Of a stretch of 17,215 nt of DNA, positions 1 to 8,350 are shown one piece after another. Position 1 is the stretch's first letter. Each line of letters begins with the position of its first letter. The DNA is from a bacterium (GTDB lineage: Bacteria > Zhuqueibacterota > Zhuqueibacteria > Oceanimicrobiales > Oceanimicrobiaceae), in assembly GCA_046758365.1 (NCBI GenBank), contig JBHIAC010000065.1, positions 1 through 17,215 of the forward strand, read 5' to 3'. A program made the translations under genes and the position numbers. Below the pieces are notes generated by a model. It was not told the DNA's origin. It saw nothing but the letters and a program-made list of their open reading frames with translations, and searched no databases.

Positions 1-617
1 TAATTATGGCAAGGTTATTTGGCCATGAGGACATTTTGAAATTAGCGAAATTTACGACGGTTCCAGTTGTAAATGGTCTCACGGATTTACTGCACCCCTG
101 TCAGGTAATGGCAGATGTATTTACCATCCTTGAAAAAAGAGGCCATTTGAACGAACTTAAAGTTGCCTTTATTGGCGATGGCAACAACGTGGCAAATTCA
201 TGGCTCAATATGGCCTCGAAGATTCCCATGACGTTGCATTTTGCCATACCAGAGGGCTATGATCCTGAACCGCAACTGTTTGAAAAAGCTAAAAAGAATC
301 AAATGAGTAACATTCAAATTTTTAGGGAGCCATCGGAAGGTGTTCAAGCAGCTGATGTAATTTACACAGATGTTTGGGCGAGCATGGGACAAGAATCAGA
401 GGCAGAAAAAAGAAGAGTCGATTTTAAGAAATTTCAGGTAAATGAAGACTTAGTGAAAAAAGCTAATGCAGCCTGTATAATAATGCATTGCTTGCCGGCT
501 CACCGAGGAGAAGAAATCACCCATGAAGTTATTGATGGGCCCCGTTCAATTGTTTTTGAGGAAGCTGAAAATAGGCTTCATGTGCAAAAAGCCATTATGG
601 TCAAATTATTGACATGA
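1..617 (+). CDS. argF: Ornithine carbamoyltransferase, 5'-truncated by the window edge
   Basis: The frame is open to the left edge (ATT ATG GCA...), so ATG 6 is internal. OTCase motifs are present: HPCQ, GDGNNV, DVWASMG, HCLP and FEEAENRLH. Confidence 0.95.
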   Translation, partial: IMARLFGHEDILKLAKFTTVPVVNGLTDLLHPCQVMADVFTILEKRGHLNELKVAFIGDGNNVANSWLNMASKIPMTLHFAIPEGYDPEPQLFEKAKKNQMSNIQIFREPSEGVQAADVIYTDVWASMGQESEAEKRRVDFKKFQVNEDLVKKANAACIIMHCLPAHRGEEITHEVIDGPRSIVFEEAENRLHVQKAIMVKLLT

Positions 618-1624
618 TCAAAAGAGAAATTGCGTTTAGGGACCTCAAGGAAGAGCAGAAATTAATCATTCATCACTTTACGCAAGAGCTTACAGCAGAA
701 TGGGATAAATTTGTGTGGGCTTCCAATAATGGAACTTTTTTTCATACACGGAAATTTTTAAATTACCATCCCCAAAATCGTTTTAATGACTGTTCTTTAA
801 TTTTCAAAAAAGAACATAAATGGCTGGCTGTGCTTCCGGCGGCTGTTATTCAGGACCATGGAAAGAAAATATTATCCTCACACGCTGGTGCTTCATTTGC
901 TGGTCCTGTATTTAAATCCAGCCTTTCATTCAAAGATACTTTTCGGTTAGTCGAGTCTGTAATTGAATTTGCCAATGAAAGAGCATTTAAACAAATAAAA
1001 GTGACTTTACCACCACAAATTTATCACTGGCGTCCCAGCAATTATTTAGATTTTGCTCTTTTGGAATCAGGATTTACTTATCTCAAGCGAGAAGTTTCAA
1101 GTGTAATCCCTTTGGATTTTGCTGAAGAAGACACGTTGATGATTTTTAGTCCCGAATCACGAAGAGCGGTTCGCAAAGCTCAAAAATTAGGGATTCAAAG
1201 TATGGAGTCTGACGATTTTGAAAATTTTTATGCCATACTCAAAAACAATCTAAAATTAAGACATAATGTACAACCAGTTCATTCATTGGATGAATTGCTT
1301 CTTTTAAGGAAAATTTTTCCCGACCGAATTAAATTGTTCGCAGCTATCATTGAAAGTCAAATGATTGCAGGAATTGTAGTTTTTGTGTGCAATGAAAAAG
1401 TGGCTTTGGCATTCTACGTAAGCCATAACGAAGAGATGCAGAAATATCGTGGTATTAATTACCTATTTTGTCATGTGATTCGTTGGGCCATTCGATGCCG
1501 TCTTAGATTTCTTGATTTTGGAATTTTTACCGTGAACATGAAGCCCAATTGGGGACTGGCTAGATTTAAGGAAAGCTTTGGCGCCCAAGGGATTTTTCGC
1601 GATACGTTAGTAAAAAATCTTTAG
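614..1624 (+). CDS. FemAB/FemX-like GNAT-fold acyltransferase
   Basis: 336 aa, with an ATGA overlap on the argF stop. Shows N-terminal WDKFV..SNNGTFFH, SRRAVRKAQKLG and C-terminal FLDFG...GLARFKESFGA, typical of tandem-GNAT FemAB-like proteins in surface-glycan loci. Confidence 0.8.
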   Translation: MIKREIAFRDLKEEQKLIIHHFTQELTAEWDKFVWASNNGTFFHTRKFLNYHPQNRFNDCSLIFKKEHKWLAVLPAAVIQDHGKKILSSHAGASFAGPVFKSSLSFKDTFRLVESVIEFANERAFKQIKVTLPPQIYHWRPSNYLDFALLESGFTYLKREVSSVIPLDFAEEDTLMIFSPESRRAVRKAQKLGIQSMESDDFENFYAILKNNLKLRHNVQPVHSLDELLLLRKIFPDRIKLFAAIIESQMIAGIVVFVCNEKVALAFYVSHNEEMQKYRGINYLFCHVIRWAIRCRLRFLDFGIFTVNMKPNWGLARFKESFGAQGIFRDTLVKNL

Positions 1625-1631
1625 CCATTAA

Positions 1632-2705
1632 ATGAGTCTGAAAATATTACATATCGCACCATTCAACACGGCTGGTGTCCCCATTACATTTGTAAATGCT
1701 GAAAGAAGATTGGGACACTTCAGCCGATTGATCACTTTAGGTAAAGACCCACGAAATTACCAGGAAGATATATGTCTGAATTTACCATTTTTAAATTCTT
1801 GGAGTACCCGCTCTGCTAAAAGATTATTTTCGCATCCGAGTAAACTTGCCGTTCGCAATCAAAATACTATCCCAGCACTAATTCCTCCTACTTGGCTTCC
1901 TAATGGTTGGCCTGAAAAATTATTGATTAAATTTCGAGAATGGATTTGGGAAAATAAAATTAAAGACCTGATTGAAGACATTGATTTCTGGAACTTTGAT
2001 GTATATCAATTGGACGGTGGATTAGAATTCTTTAGAGATGGAAGGACAGTACAACGCCTTAAAGCATTGGATAAAAAAATCATCTGCTGCTACACCGGGA
2101 GTGATTTACGGACTCGGGGCGTCATTCCAATTATCAATTCCCACAGCGATCTAAATATCACTTTAGAATTCGATCACTTAAAACTTCATCCAAAAATTCA
2201 ACATGTCTTTTTTCCATTTGATTTAACTAATTATGAAATCACGCCAGAACCTGAGTCAAATACTATTAGAATAGGCCATGCGCCTACCAATCGGTACGCT
2301 AAGGGAAGTCATAGAATAATTTCTGCAATTAAAGAATTAGAAGCAGAATATCCTGTTGAATTAGTTTTGATTGAAAATCTTTCTCACCAAGAAGCAATAA
2401 GAAGAAAGTCCCAGTGCCATATTTTAGTCGATCAAGTCGGGGATTTGGGATATGGCATCAATTCCTTAGAAGCCTTAGCCATGGGGATTCCAACCTGCTC
2501 TTGTCTGGCACCTGGCTTTGAGGAAAAATATCCTAATCATCCCTTTGTCGTTATTAATGAAAAAAATATTAAACTTCGACTAATTGAATTAATTCAAAAT
2601 AAGGAACTAAGGCAGAATAAGGGACTACACGGCAGAAAATGGGTAAAACAATACCACGATAGTGAGCAAATGGTGAAAACCATCCATGATATGGCAAACC
2701 TGTAG
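1632..2705 (+). CDS. GT-B fold glycosyltransferase (GT4-like)
   Basis: N-terminal LKILHIAP, YTGSDLR, IGHAPTNRYAKGS and the nucleotide-sugar-binding segment DQVGDLGYGINSLEALAMGIP. Confidence 0.82.
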   Translation: MSLKILHIAPFNTAGVPITFVNAERRLGHFSRLITLGKDPRNYQEDICLNLPFLNSWSTRSAKRLFSHPSKLAVRNQNTIPALIPPTWLPNGWPEKLLIKFREWIWENKIKDLIEDIDFWNFDVYQLDGGLEFFRDGRTVQRLKALDKKIICCYTGSDLRTRGVIPIINSHSDLNITLEFDHLKLHPKIQHVFFPFDLTNYEITPEPESNTIRIGHAPTNRYAKGSHRIISAIKELEAEYPVELVLIENLSHQEAIRRKSQCHILVDQVGDLGYGINSLEALAMGIPTCSCLAPGFEEKYPNHPFVVINEKNIKLRLIELIQNKELRQNKGLHGRKWVKQYHDSEQMVKTIHDMANL

Positions 2706-2854
2706 TTGAACACTTAATTGCCGCTCTGAAGGATGAAAACCTAAAAGTCCGGCAAAAGGCAGTAAAGGTACTGGGAGAGATGAAGGATGAACGTATCATT
2801 GAACCCTGGTTATGTCTCTTATCAGCAATATGGAGAAAGCTTGGATATATTTGA
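2690..2854 (+). pseudogene. Startless HEAT/PBS-lyase repeat fragment
   Basis: The frame after TGA 2687-2689 reads YGKPVVEHLIAALKDENLKVRQKAVKVLGEMKDERIIEPW..., closely matching the bacterial HEAT repeat consensus. There is no start codon before the repeat; the stop is at 2852-2854. Confidence 0.65.
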
Positions 2855-3743
2855 GAAAAATAGACAAATCTTTATCCCTTTAATTACTAGTCTGCTCTTT
2901 GCCGGTAGCTTTATTGCTGGGAAGTACACAACACGTGACCTTGGTCCGCTGACAACATCTCTTCTTAGATATCTTGTTGCTTTTATATTTTTAAGTATTT
3001 TGCTCTATCTAAACAACAGTTTTTCTCTAAAAGTAGAGCTAGTTGATATCTTAACTCTGATTATACTTGGACTCTTTGGAATTGTTGGATATCACTATTT
3101 CTTCTTCTCATCACTACGGTTTACAGAAGTTGCAAACACTGCAATCATTAACGCATTGAGTCCCATAGTAACAGGTGTGGTGGCTGCGATATTTATTAAA
3201 GAGAGACTAACCATAAGAAATTATATTGGAGTAAATATTGTGGTAATTGGAGTAATTCTACTTATAATAAAGGGTAAGATTAGCAATCTCATCGGACTAA
3301 ATTTGAATTTGGGGGATAGCCTCATGCTTTGTGCAGTATTAAGTTGGGTAATCTACTCGCTTCTTATTAAGAAGTTGTCTAACAAATACTCAAGTTTTAC
3401 ACTTACTTTTTACGCCACATTGTTTGGTGTACTTTTGCTTTTAATTTTTGCTCTAACTGAGGATTGTTTCCGCCAGATAAAAGAAATTTCGATTGTATCT
3501 TTTTGTTCGGTGTTATACATGGGAATTGCCGCTTCAGGAATTGGTTATCTCTTTTATAATTTAAGCATTGCTAGAATCGGGCCTACGAAGACATCAGGCT
3601 TTATATCTAGTCTGGTTCCAATATTTGTCGCTTTATTAGCTTGGTTGTTCTTTAGCGAACCAATAACGTTAATAATGGTGTTAAGTATAGCATTTGTTCT
3701 TTATGGATTAAACATGATGTTCCGAAAACAAAACAGTGTATGA
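2841..3743 (+). CDS. EamA/DMT family transporter
   Basis: About 10 hydrophobic helices in two EamA-like repeats (FAGSFIAGK, LRYLVA, IINALSPI, IKERLT, GDSLML, FFSEPIT). Start placed at TTG 2841 after GGAG 2832-2835, because the ORF-track ATG at 2787 lies inside the HEAT remnant. Confidence 0.9.
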   Translation: MDIFEKNRQIFIPLITSLLFAGSFIAGKYTTRDLGPLTTSLLRYLVAFIFLSILLYLNNSFSLKVELVDILTLIILGLFGIVGYHYFFFSSLRFTEVANTAIINALSPIVTGVVAAIFIKERLTIRNYIGVNIVVIGVILLIIKGKISNLIGLNLNLGDSLMLCAVLSWVIYSLLIKKLSNKYSSFTLTFYATLFGVLLLLIFALTEDCFRQIKEISIVSFCSVLYMGIAASGIGYLFYNLSIARIGPTKTSGFISSLVPIFVALLAWLFFSEPITLIMVLSIAFVLYGLNMMFRKQNSV

Positions 3744-3801
3744 ATCTTTTCTAACTAAATATAGTAAATTTATTAGGTGACAAGGAGGGGTAATAGAAGC
3801 C

Positions 3802-4998
3802 ATGAGCTTAAGTTCAAAATTAGAACGAGGGCTAAGGCATGCTTGGTTAAGGCTTCTTGAAAGATTGATCAATAGAAAACCTTTGAATCCAGCCGATTTA
3901 CCACACAATAAAATTCGCCGAATTCTTATAATTCCCGAGCAAGATCAATTAGGGGAATTGCTTTTAGCAACACCTGTATTCAGGGCGGTTAGACAACATT
4001 TTCCTAAGGCCTATATTGCTGTTTTGGCTCAGAGCTACCCAGCCCAAATTTTATATAATAATGTATATCTAGATGAAGTCATTTGTTTCTTCGATAAATT
4101 TAACAATTGGTCGCTCAATAAAGTTTTTCACTTTGTAAAACGCCTTCGTTCAAAATTTGATTTAGCTATTGTGTTAAATACGGTTTCTCATTCTTTAACC
4201 CGTGATTTATTGACCTATTTTAGTGGTGCTAAAATTATTTTAGGATCAGAGCATTTGATTTTTAAAGAGTGTAAAAGAAATTTTTTTTATAACCTATTAG
4301 CGCCTTACAGTGATTCTAATAAACATCAGACCGAAAAAAATTTGGATGTCGTACGATTTATTCATGTGGATATTGAGGATAAGTCTGAAGCAATAAGTTT
4401 AACCCAAGAAGAAAAAAAGTGCGCTATCAAATTTCTATATGAGCATGGCTTAAAACCGAATGATCTTATTTTGGCCATACATCTTAGTAATGGTAAAATT
4501 GGAAATCGATGGGATTTAGAAAACTTTGTAGAAGTGGCAAAATATTTTAGCTCTAAGTATAATGCTAAAATAATCGTTTCTTGGCAGCCAAATGAAAGCA
4601 TACTCGGTCAAGACTTTATCAATAGTTTGCCATTTAGACCAGTTACGGCTATTGGTTTGAATTTGAGAGAATACGCAGCGATTATTTCATTTTGTAATTT
4701 AATTTTCTGTTATGATACAGCGATTATGCATTTAGCTGCAAGTGTGGGCACCCCATTAATAGCGATTTTTGGGTCGAGTGCCCCAGAACAATCGAAACCC
4801 ATTGGCAAACAATTTGTGGCATTAAAAGGCATAAATGGGGAATGTAATTCTGTTAGTGTGAATCAGGCGATCGAGGCGGCTGAAAATCTTTTAAAAGCCA
4901 TGTCTAAATCTATGAAAATAGAGGCTGAAGATTTTGATATTACTGAACAGGTCTTAGAGCAGTATCTGAATATTTTAAACACGTTTGAGAAAAAGTAG
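3802..4998 (+). CDS. Glycosyltransferase family 9 (heptosyltransferase-like), divergent motifs
   Basis: RBS AAGGAGG upstream. Shows RRILII...LGELLLATPVFRAVRQHFPKA, FDLAIV, HQTE, NRW and DTAIMHLAASVGTPLIAIFG. Confidence 0.85.
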   Translation: MSLSSKLERGLRHAWLRLLERLINRKPLNPADLPHNKIRRILIIPEQDQLGELLLATPVFRAVRQHFPKAYIAVLAQSYPAQILYNNVYLDEVICFFDKFNNWSLNKVFHFVKRLRSKFDLAIVLNTVSHSLTRDLLTYFSGAKIILGSEHLIFKECKRNFFYNLLAPYSDSNKHQTEKNLDVVRFIHVDIEDKSEAISLTQEEKKCAIKFLYEHGLKPNDLILAIHLSNGKIGNRWDLENFVEVAKYFSSKYNAKIIVSWQPNESILGQDFINSLPFRPVTAIGLNLREYAAIISFCNLIFCYDTAIMHLAASVGTPLIAIFGSSAPEQSKPIGKQFVALKGINGECNSVSVNQAIEAAENLLKAMSKSMKIEAEDFDITEQVLEQYLNILNTFEKK

Positions 4999-5142
4999 TT
5001 TTATTCGCTAAAAGGCGGGGTATCACCATGAAAATATTCGTATACTATTAGTTTTGCACTAAGATGGAAAACCTCCAGCCTCGGTTCTGAGCGTGATATA
5101 CTACTGGAATGCACCGGACCAAGTGATTTGCTTAAAAAAAAC

Positions 5143-5171
5143 TTGACAATCATAAAATATTTCCATAAACT
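5143..5171 (+). promoter_or_regulatory. Sigma70-type promoter for the FAH-family gene
   Basis: TTGACA (5143-5148), 17-bp spacer, TAAACT (5166-5171). Confidence 0.7.
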
Positions 5172-5279
5172 ATTTGCGATGAAAATTTAAATTCTTAAAT
5201 CCCCAGTTTTGCTCCTATTGAGATAATATGCAAATTATTAAGGGGTGTATAGTATCTTATCTAACTGGAAGGAGTCCTT

Positions 5280-6173
5280 TTGAAGGCTTTTTCATTTAGG
5301 ACAGACAAAGGAATAACGCAGATCGGAGTAGAGTTTAACGGAGAAGCTTACAATTTTTCCCAAGCTTGGGAACTTTACAAAAATCTTAAAAGTGACGGAA
5401 AAGGCCTTAGACTCAATTTTTTGCAGATCATGGTTGAAGCCGATTTCTTTAATTTAGAAACTTTACAAGAAATTTTTCATTCTATTAAAGAAGTCAGACC
5501 TATTCATGATTTAAAATTGAAAAAGCCTTTTGTCTTCCAGCCTCCAATTGGCCGACCTCAAAAAATTCTTTGTTTGGGACGTAATTATAGGGCACATGCT
5601 GAAGAGTTGGGAAATGTAGTACCAAAAGAACCTCTTTTCTTTTGCAAGTCACCATCTGCAATAATTGCACATGAAGATAAAATAAGACTTCCGAAGCATG
5701 TTGGACGGGTTGATTATGAGGGGGAATTGTGTGTGATTATAAGTAAACCAGTCTACCAAATTTCTGAAAAACATGTTATTGACTATATAGCTGGATACAG
5801 CATCCTAAACGATGTTACCGCTAGAGAATTACAAAGGACTGATATCAAAGCAGGGAAACCGTGGTTCCGTTCAAAAAGTTTTGACACCTTTTGTCCATTT
5901 GGGCCTTATTTGATCCCAAAAGATTTCATTAAAAATACCAACGAATTACAATTGGAAGTAAGAGTAAATGGCGTACGGAAACAATTTGCTTCAACCTCCC
6001 AAATGCTCTTTAAAATTCCGGAAATTATTGCATTTCTTTCCAAACATCTCACACTTCAACCGGGGGATATAATTGCTACCGGGACACCAGAAGGTGTAGG
6101 CCACCTCCAGGCAGGAGATGTTGTTGAATGTGAAATAAGCCAAATTGGTACTTTGAGAAATCCGGTTGAGTAG
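5280..6173 (+). CDS. Fumarylacetoacetate hydrolase (FAH) family protein
   Basis: TTG start after AAGGAG. Motifs KILCLGRNYRAHAEE, DYEGEL, NDVTARELQ, KSFDTFCPFGP and LQPGDIIATGTPEGVG. Substrate cannot be assigned from the sequence. Confidence 0.93.
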   Translation: MKAFSFRTDKGITQIGVEFNGEAYNFSQAWELYKNLKSDGKGLRLNFLQIMVEADFFNLETLQEIFHSIKEVRPIHDLKLKKPFVFQPPIGRPQKILCLGRNYRAHAEELGNVVPKEPLFFCKSPSAIIAHEDKIRLPKHVGRVDYEGELCVIISKPVYQISEKHVIDYIAGYSILNDVTARELQRTDIKAGKPWFRSKSFDTFCPFGPYLIPKDFIKNTNELQLEVRVNGVRKQFASTSQMLFKIPEIIAFLSKHLTLQPGDIIATGTPEGVGHLQAGDVVECEISQIGTLRNPVE

Positions 6174-6252
6174 TTTATTGGGGAATTGTAACTTTGATAA
6201 ATAAAAATATAATTAAATTATTTCAATAACTTAAATGTGGAAGGAGGAAATG

Positions 6253-8274
6253 ATGCGTCTAAAATTAGCACTAATTGTATTAACGGTTGGAGTCTTTATT
6301 GCCTTATTTGTGCTAAATGCTTCTGAAAGTGAGAGCCAAAAAGAAGTGTTAATAAAGTTTAGACAACAAGCTCATATAAGTCAAATTGATTCTCTTACTA
6401 TGGCTTTGGGACTCACCAAGGTTAAATCTTTTAAAGAGATAAATGTAGACGTATTCAAAATTTCATCAGAATATTCTGTAAATGAAGTAGTTAGTATCTG
6501 CACTAATTTACCTTTTATTGAATATGCAGAACCTACGGCGGCAGTTCGCGCATTTTCAATAGAAACTGAGACTTCAGAGACGAGCTCAGAAGTAATTGCG
6601 AAGGCACAAGCTCAAAAGCAAGCTAAAGTCGCCCAGTTTAAGCCCGCTGAAGTACTAATAAAATTTAAAGACACCGTAGCAACAGCATCAATTAATCAAA
6701 TTTTATCCAACGTTGGACTCAGCATTCATAAAAGTTACGAAGAAATTGGTGTTATTAGATGCAGTATCAATATTGAAAAAACTGTGTTAAAAACAGTTGA
6801 ACAGTGTAATGCTGATTCAAGGGTTGTATTCGCTGAACCAAATTACATTTACCATACGTTTGTTATTCCCGATGATCCTCGTTTTTCCAGTTTGTTCGGA
6901 TTGGATAATATTGATGCTCCGGAAGCTTGGGATATTCAAACTGGGAGTAAATCCATTATTGTTGGCGTTATTGATACAGGTGCGGATCATGGACATGAAG
7001 ACCTGCAAGCCAACATCTGGAAGAATCCCGGTGAAAGTGGAGACAGTAAAGAAAACAATAACGTCGATGACGATGGCAATGGATTAGTTGATGACTTTCA
7101 AGGGTGGGATTTCATAAACAATGATAACAACCCATTCGACGATAACGATCATGGTACACATGTTTCTGGGACTATTGGTGCCGTCGGAAACAACAGTAAG
7201 GGAGTCGTGGGAGTTAATTGGAATGTTTCTATTATGCCGTTAAAATTTTTAGGTGCAGATGGCAGTGGTACTTCAGCAGATGCCATTGAGGCGATTCTCT
7301 ATGCTACTAACATGGGTGCAAAAGTGTTAAGCAATAGTTGGGGTGGTGGAGGATTTTCTCGTGCCTTGGAAGACGCTATAAAATTTGCCAATCAAAATGG
7401 AGTGATCTTTGTAGCTGCGGCTGGAAATGAAAGCAATAATAATGATTCATTCCCGACTTATCCAGCCAACTACGAAATAGAAAACGTGATTTCAGTAGCA
7501 GCCAGTACCAAAAAGGACAACCTGGCTGGGTTTTCGAATTGGGGCAAAAAAACGGTGGATTTAGCCGCTCCTGGTGCTGATATCTTGAGTACCTTTCCAA
7601 GAGATAGATATGGACAATTAAGTGGGACTTCCATGGCTACCCCTCATGTGAGCGGGGCGGCTGCATTAGTTTGGGCCCAATATCCAAGCCTATCTATGAA
7701 TCAAGTTAAAATTCGCATTTTAGGTTCAGTAGATATTATTTCCAAGTTAGCTAATGATGTGGCCACCGGAGGCAGGTTGAATGTGAATCAAGCGCTTTCA
7801 ACAATCCCTATTATTGCCAATACGACTCGCTTAGAAAATACTTTGGACCAGGTTGGACCATACGTGGTTGAGTCGGATATTATAGATGATATAAGCATTC
7901 AAACGGCCACGCTCACCTATCAGGTTGACACCCAACAAGCTGTTACTGTATCCATGATTTCCACAGGTAATGATCATTATCGCGGGGAAATTCTTGGCCA
8001 ATCTTTAGGCAGCAAAATTGAATACTTTGTAACGGCAACTGATGGGGATGGGAATTCAACACAGGACAGAAAGTTATCATTTTCAATTGCTGAACCTACA
8101 AACGGTGGCTGTGGATGCGGTAAACCAGCCTTAGAGGTAAATATCAAAAATCCCCAATTGCGTACTACTGTTAATGCGGTCGCAAATATATCTTTCTTTG
8201 TACTTCCGTTACTGATATATAAAATCCATACTAATCGCAGAAAAAAGCGTAGTCAAAAAATAAAAAAATCCTGA
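6253..8274 (+). CDS. Secreted S8 subtilase with two prodomain copies, a C-terminal beta-rich domain and a membrane-anchor-like tail
   Basis: RBS AAGGAGG at 6241-6247 favours ATG 6253 (or 6250). N-terminal signal/TM segment. Catalytic triad in VIDTG (Asp 6973), HGTHVSG (His 7150) and GTSMATPHV (Ser 7630); oxyanion motif AAAGN. Confidence 0.95.
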   Translation: MRLKLALIVLTVGVFIALFVLNASESESQKEVLIKFRQQAHISQIDSLTMALGLTKVKSFKEINVDVFKISSEYSVNEVVSICTNLPFIEYAEPTAAVRAFSIETETSETSSEVIAKAQAQKQAKVAQFKPAEVLIKFKDTVATASINQILSNVGLSIHKSYEEIGVIRCSINIEKTVLKTVEQCNADSRVVFAEPNYIYHTFVIPDDPRFSSLFGLDNIDAPEAWDIQTGSKSIIVGVIDTGADHGHEDLQANIWKNPGESGDSKENNNVDDDGNGLVDDFQGWDFINNDNNPFDDNDHGTHVSGTIGAVGNNSKGVVGVNWNVSIMPLKFLGADGSGTSADAIEAILYATNMGAKVLSNSWGGGGFSRALEDAIKFANQNGVIFVAAAGNESNNNDSFPTYPANYEIENVISVAASTKKDNLAGFSNWGKKTVDLAAPGADILSTFPRDRYGQLSGTSMATPHVSGAAALVWAQYPSLSMNQVKIRILGSVDIISKLANDVATGGRLNVNQALSTIPIIANTTRLENTLDQVGPYVVESDIIDDISIQTATLTYQVDTQQAVTVSMISTGNDHYRGEILGQSLGSKIEYFVTATDGDGNSTQDRKLSFSIAEPTNGGCGCGKPALEVNIKNPQLRTTVNAVANISFFVLPLLIYKIHTNRRKKRSQKIKKS

Positions 8275-8285
8275 TGTAATAGTAT

Positions 8286-8322
8286 AAGCCCTCGTGACGG
8301 TAATAACGAACGAGGGCTTTTT
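8286..8322 (+). terminator. Intrinsic terminator after the subtilase gene
   Basis: 10-bp stem AAGCCCTCGT/ACGAGGGCTT with a 14-nt loop, ending in a T tract. Confidence 0.75.
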
Positions 8323-8350
8323 ACTAAAATTTTATTGAATCAATTTTAAA

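Noticed and set aside
2787..2840. ORF-track start of the EamA gene
   Set aside because: It lies within the HEAT remnant in another frame. TTG 2841 has a well-spaced GGAG and gives a typical ~300-aa protein.
5060..5125. Resemblance to a c-di-GMP-I riboswitch (GGAAAACCTCCAGCC)
   Set aside because: There is no GNRA-capped stem or GGCAAAC/GACGCAAA core, and the segment lies upstream of the downstream gene's promoter.
7050..7150. Repetitive GAT/AAC-rich DNA in the subtilase
   Set aside because: It encodes the common D/N-rich Ca-binding insertion (DDDGNGLVDD...DNNPFDDNDHG) of S8 proteases and is not a DNA repeat.
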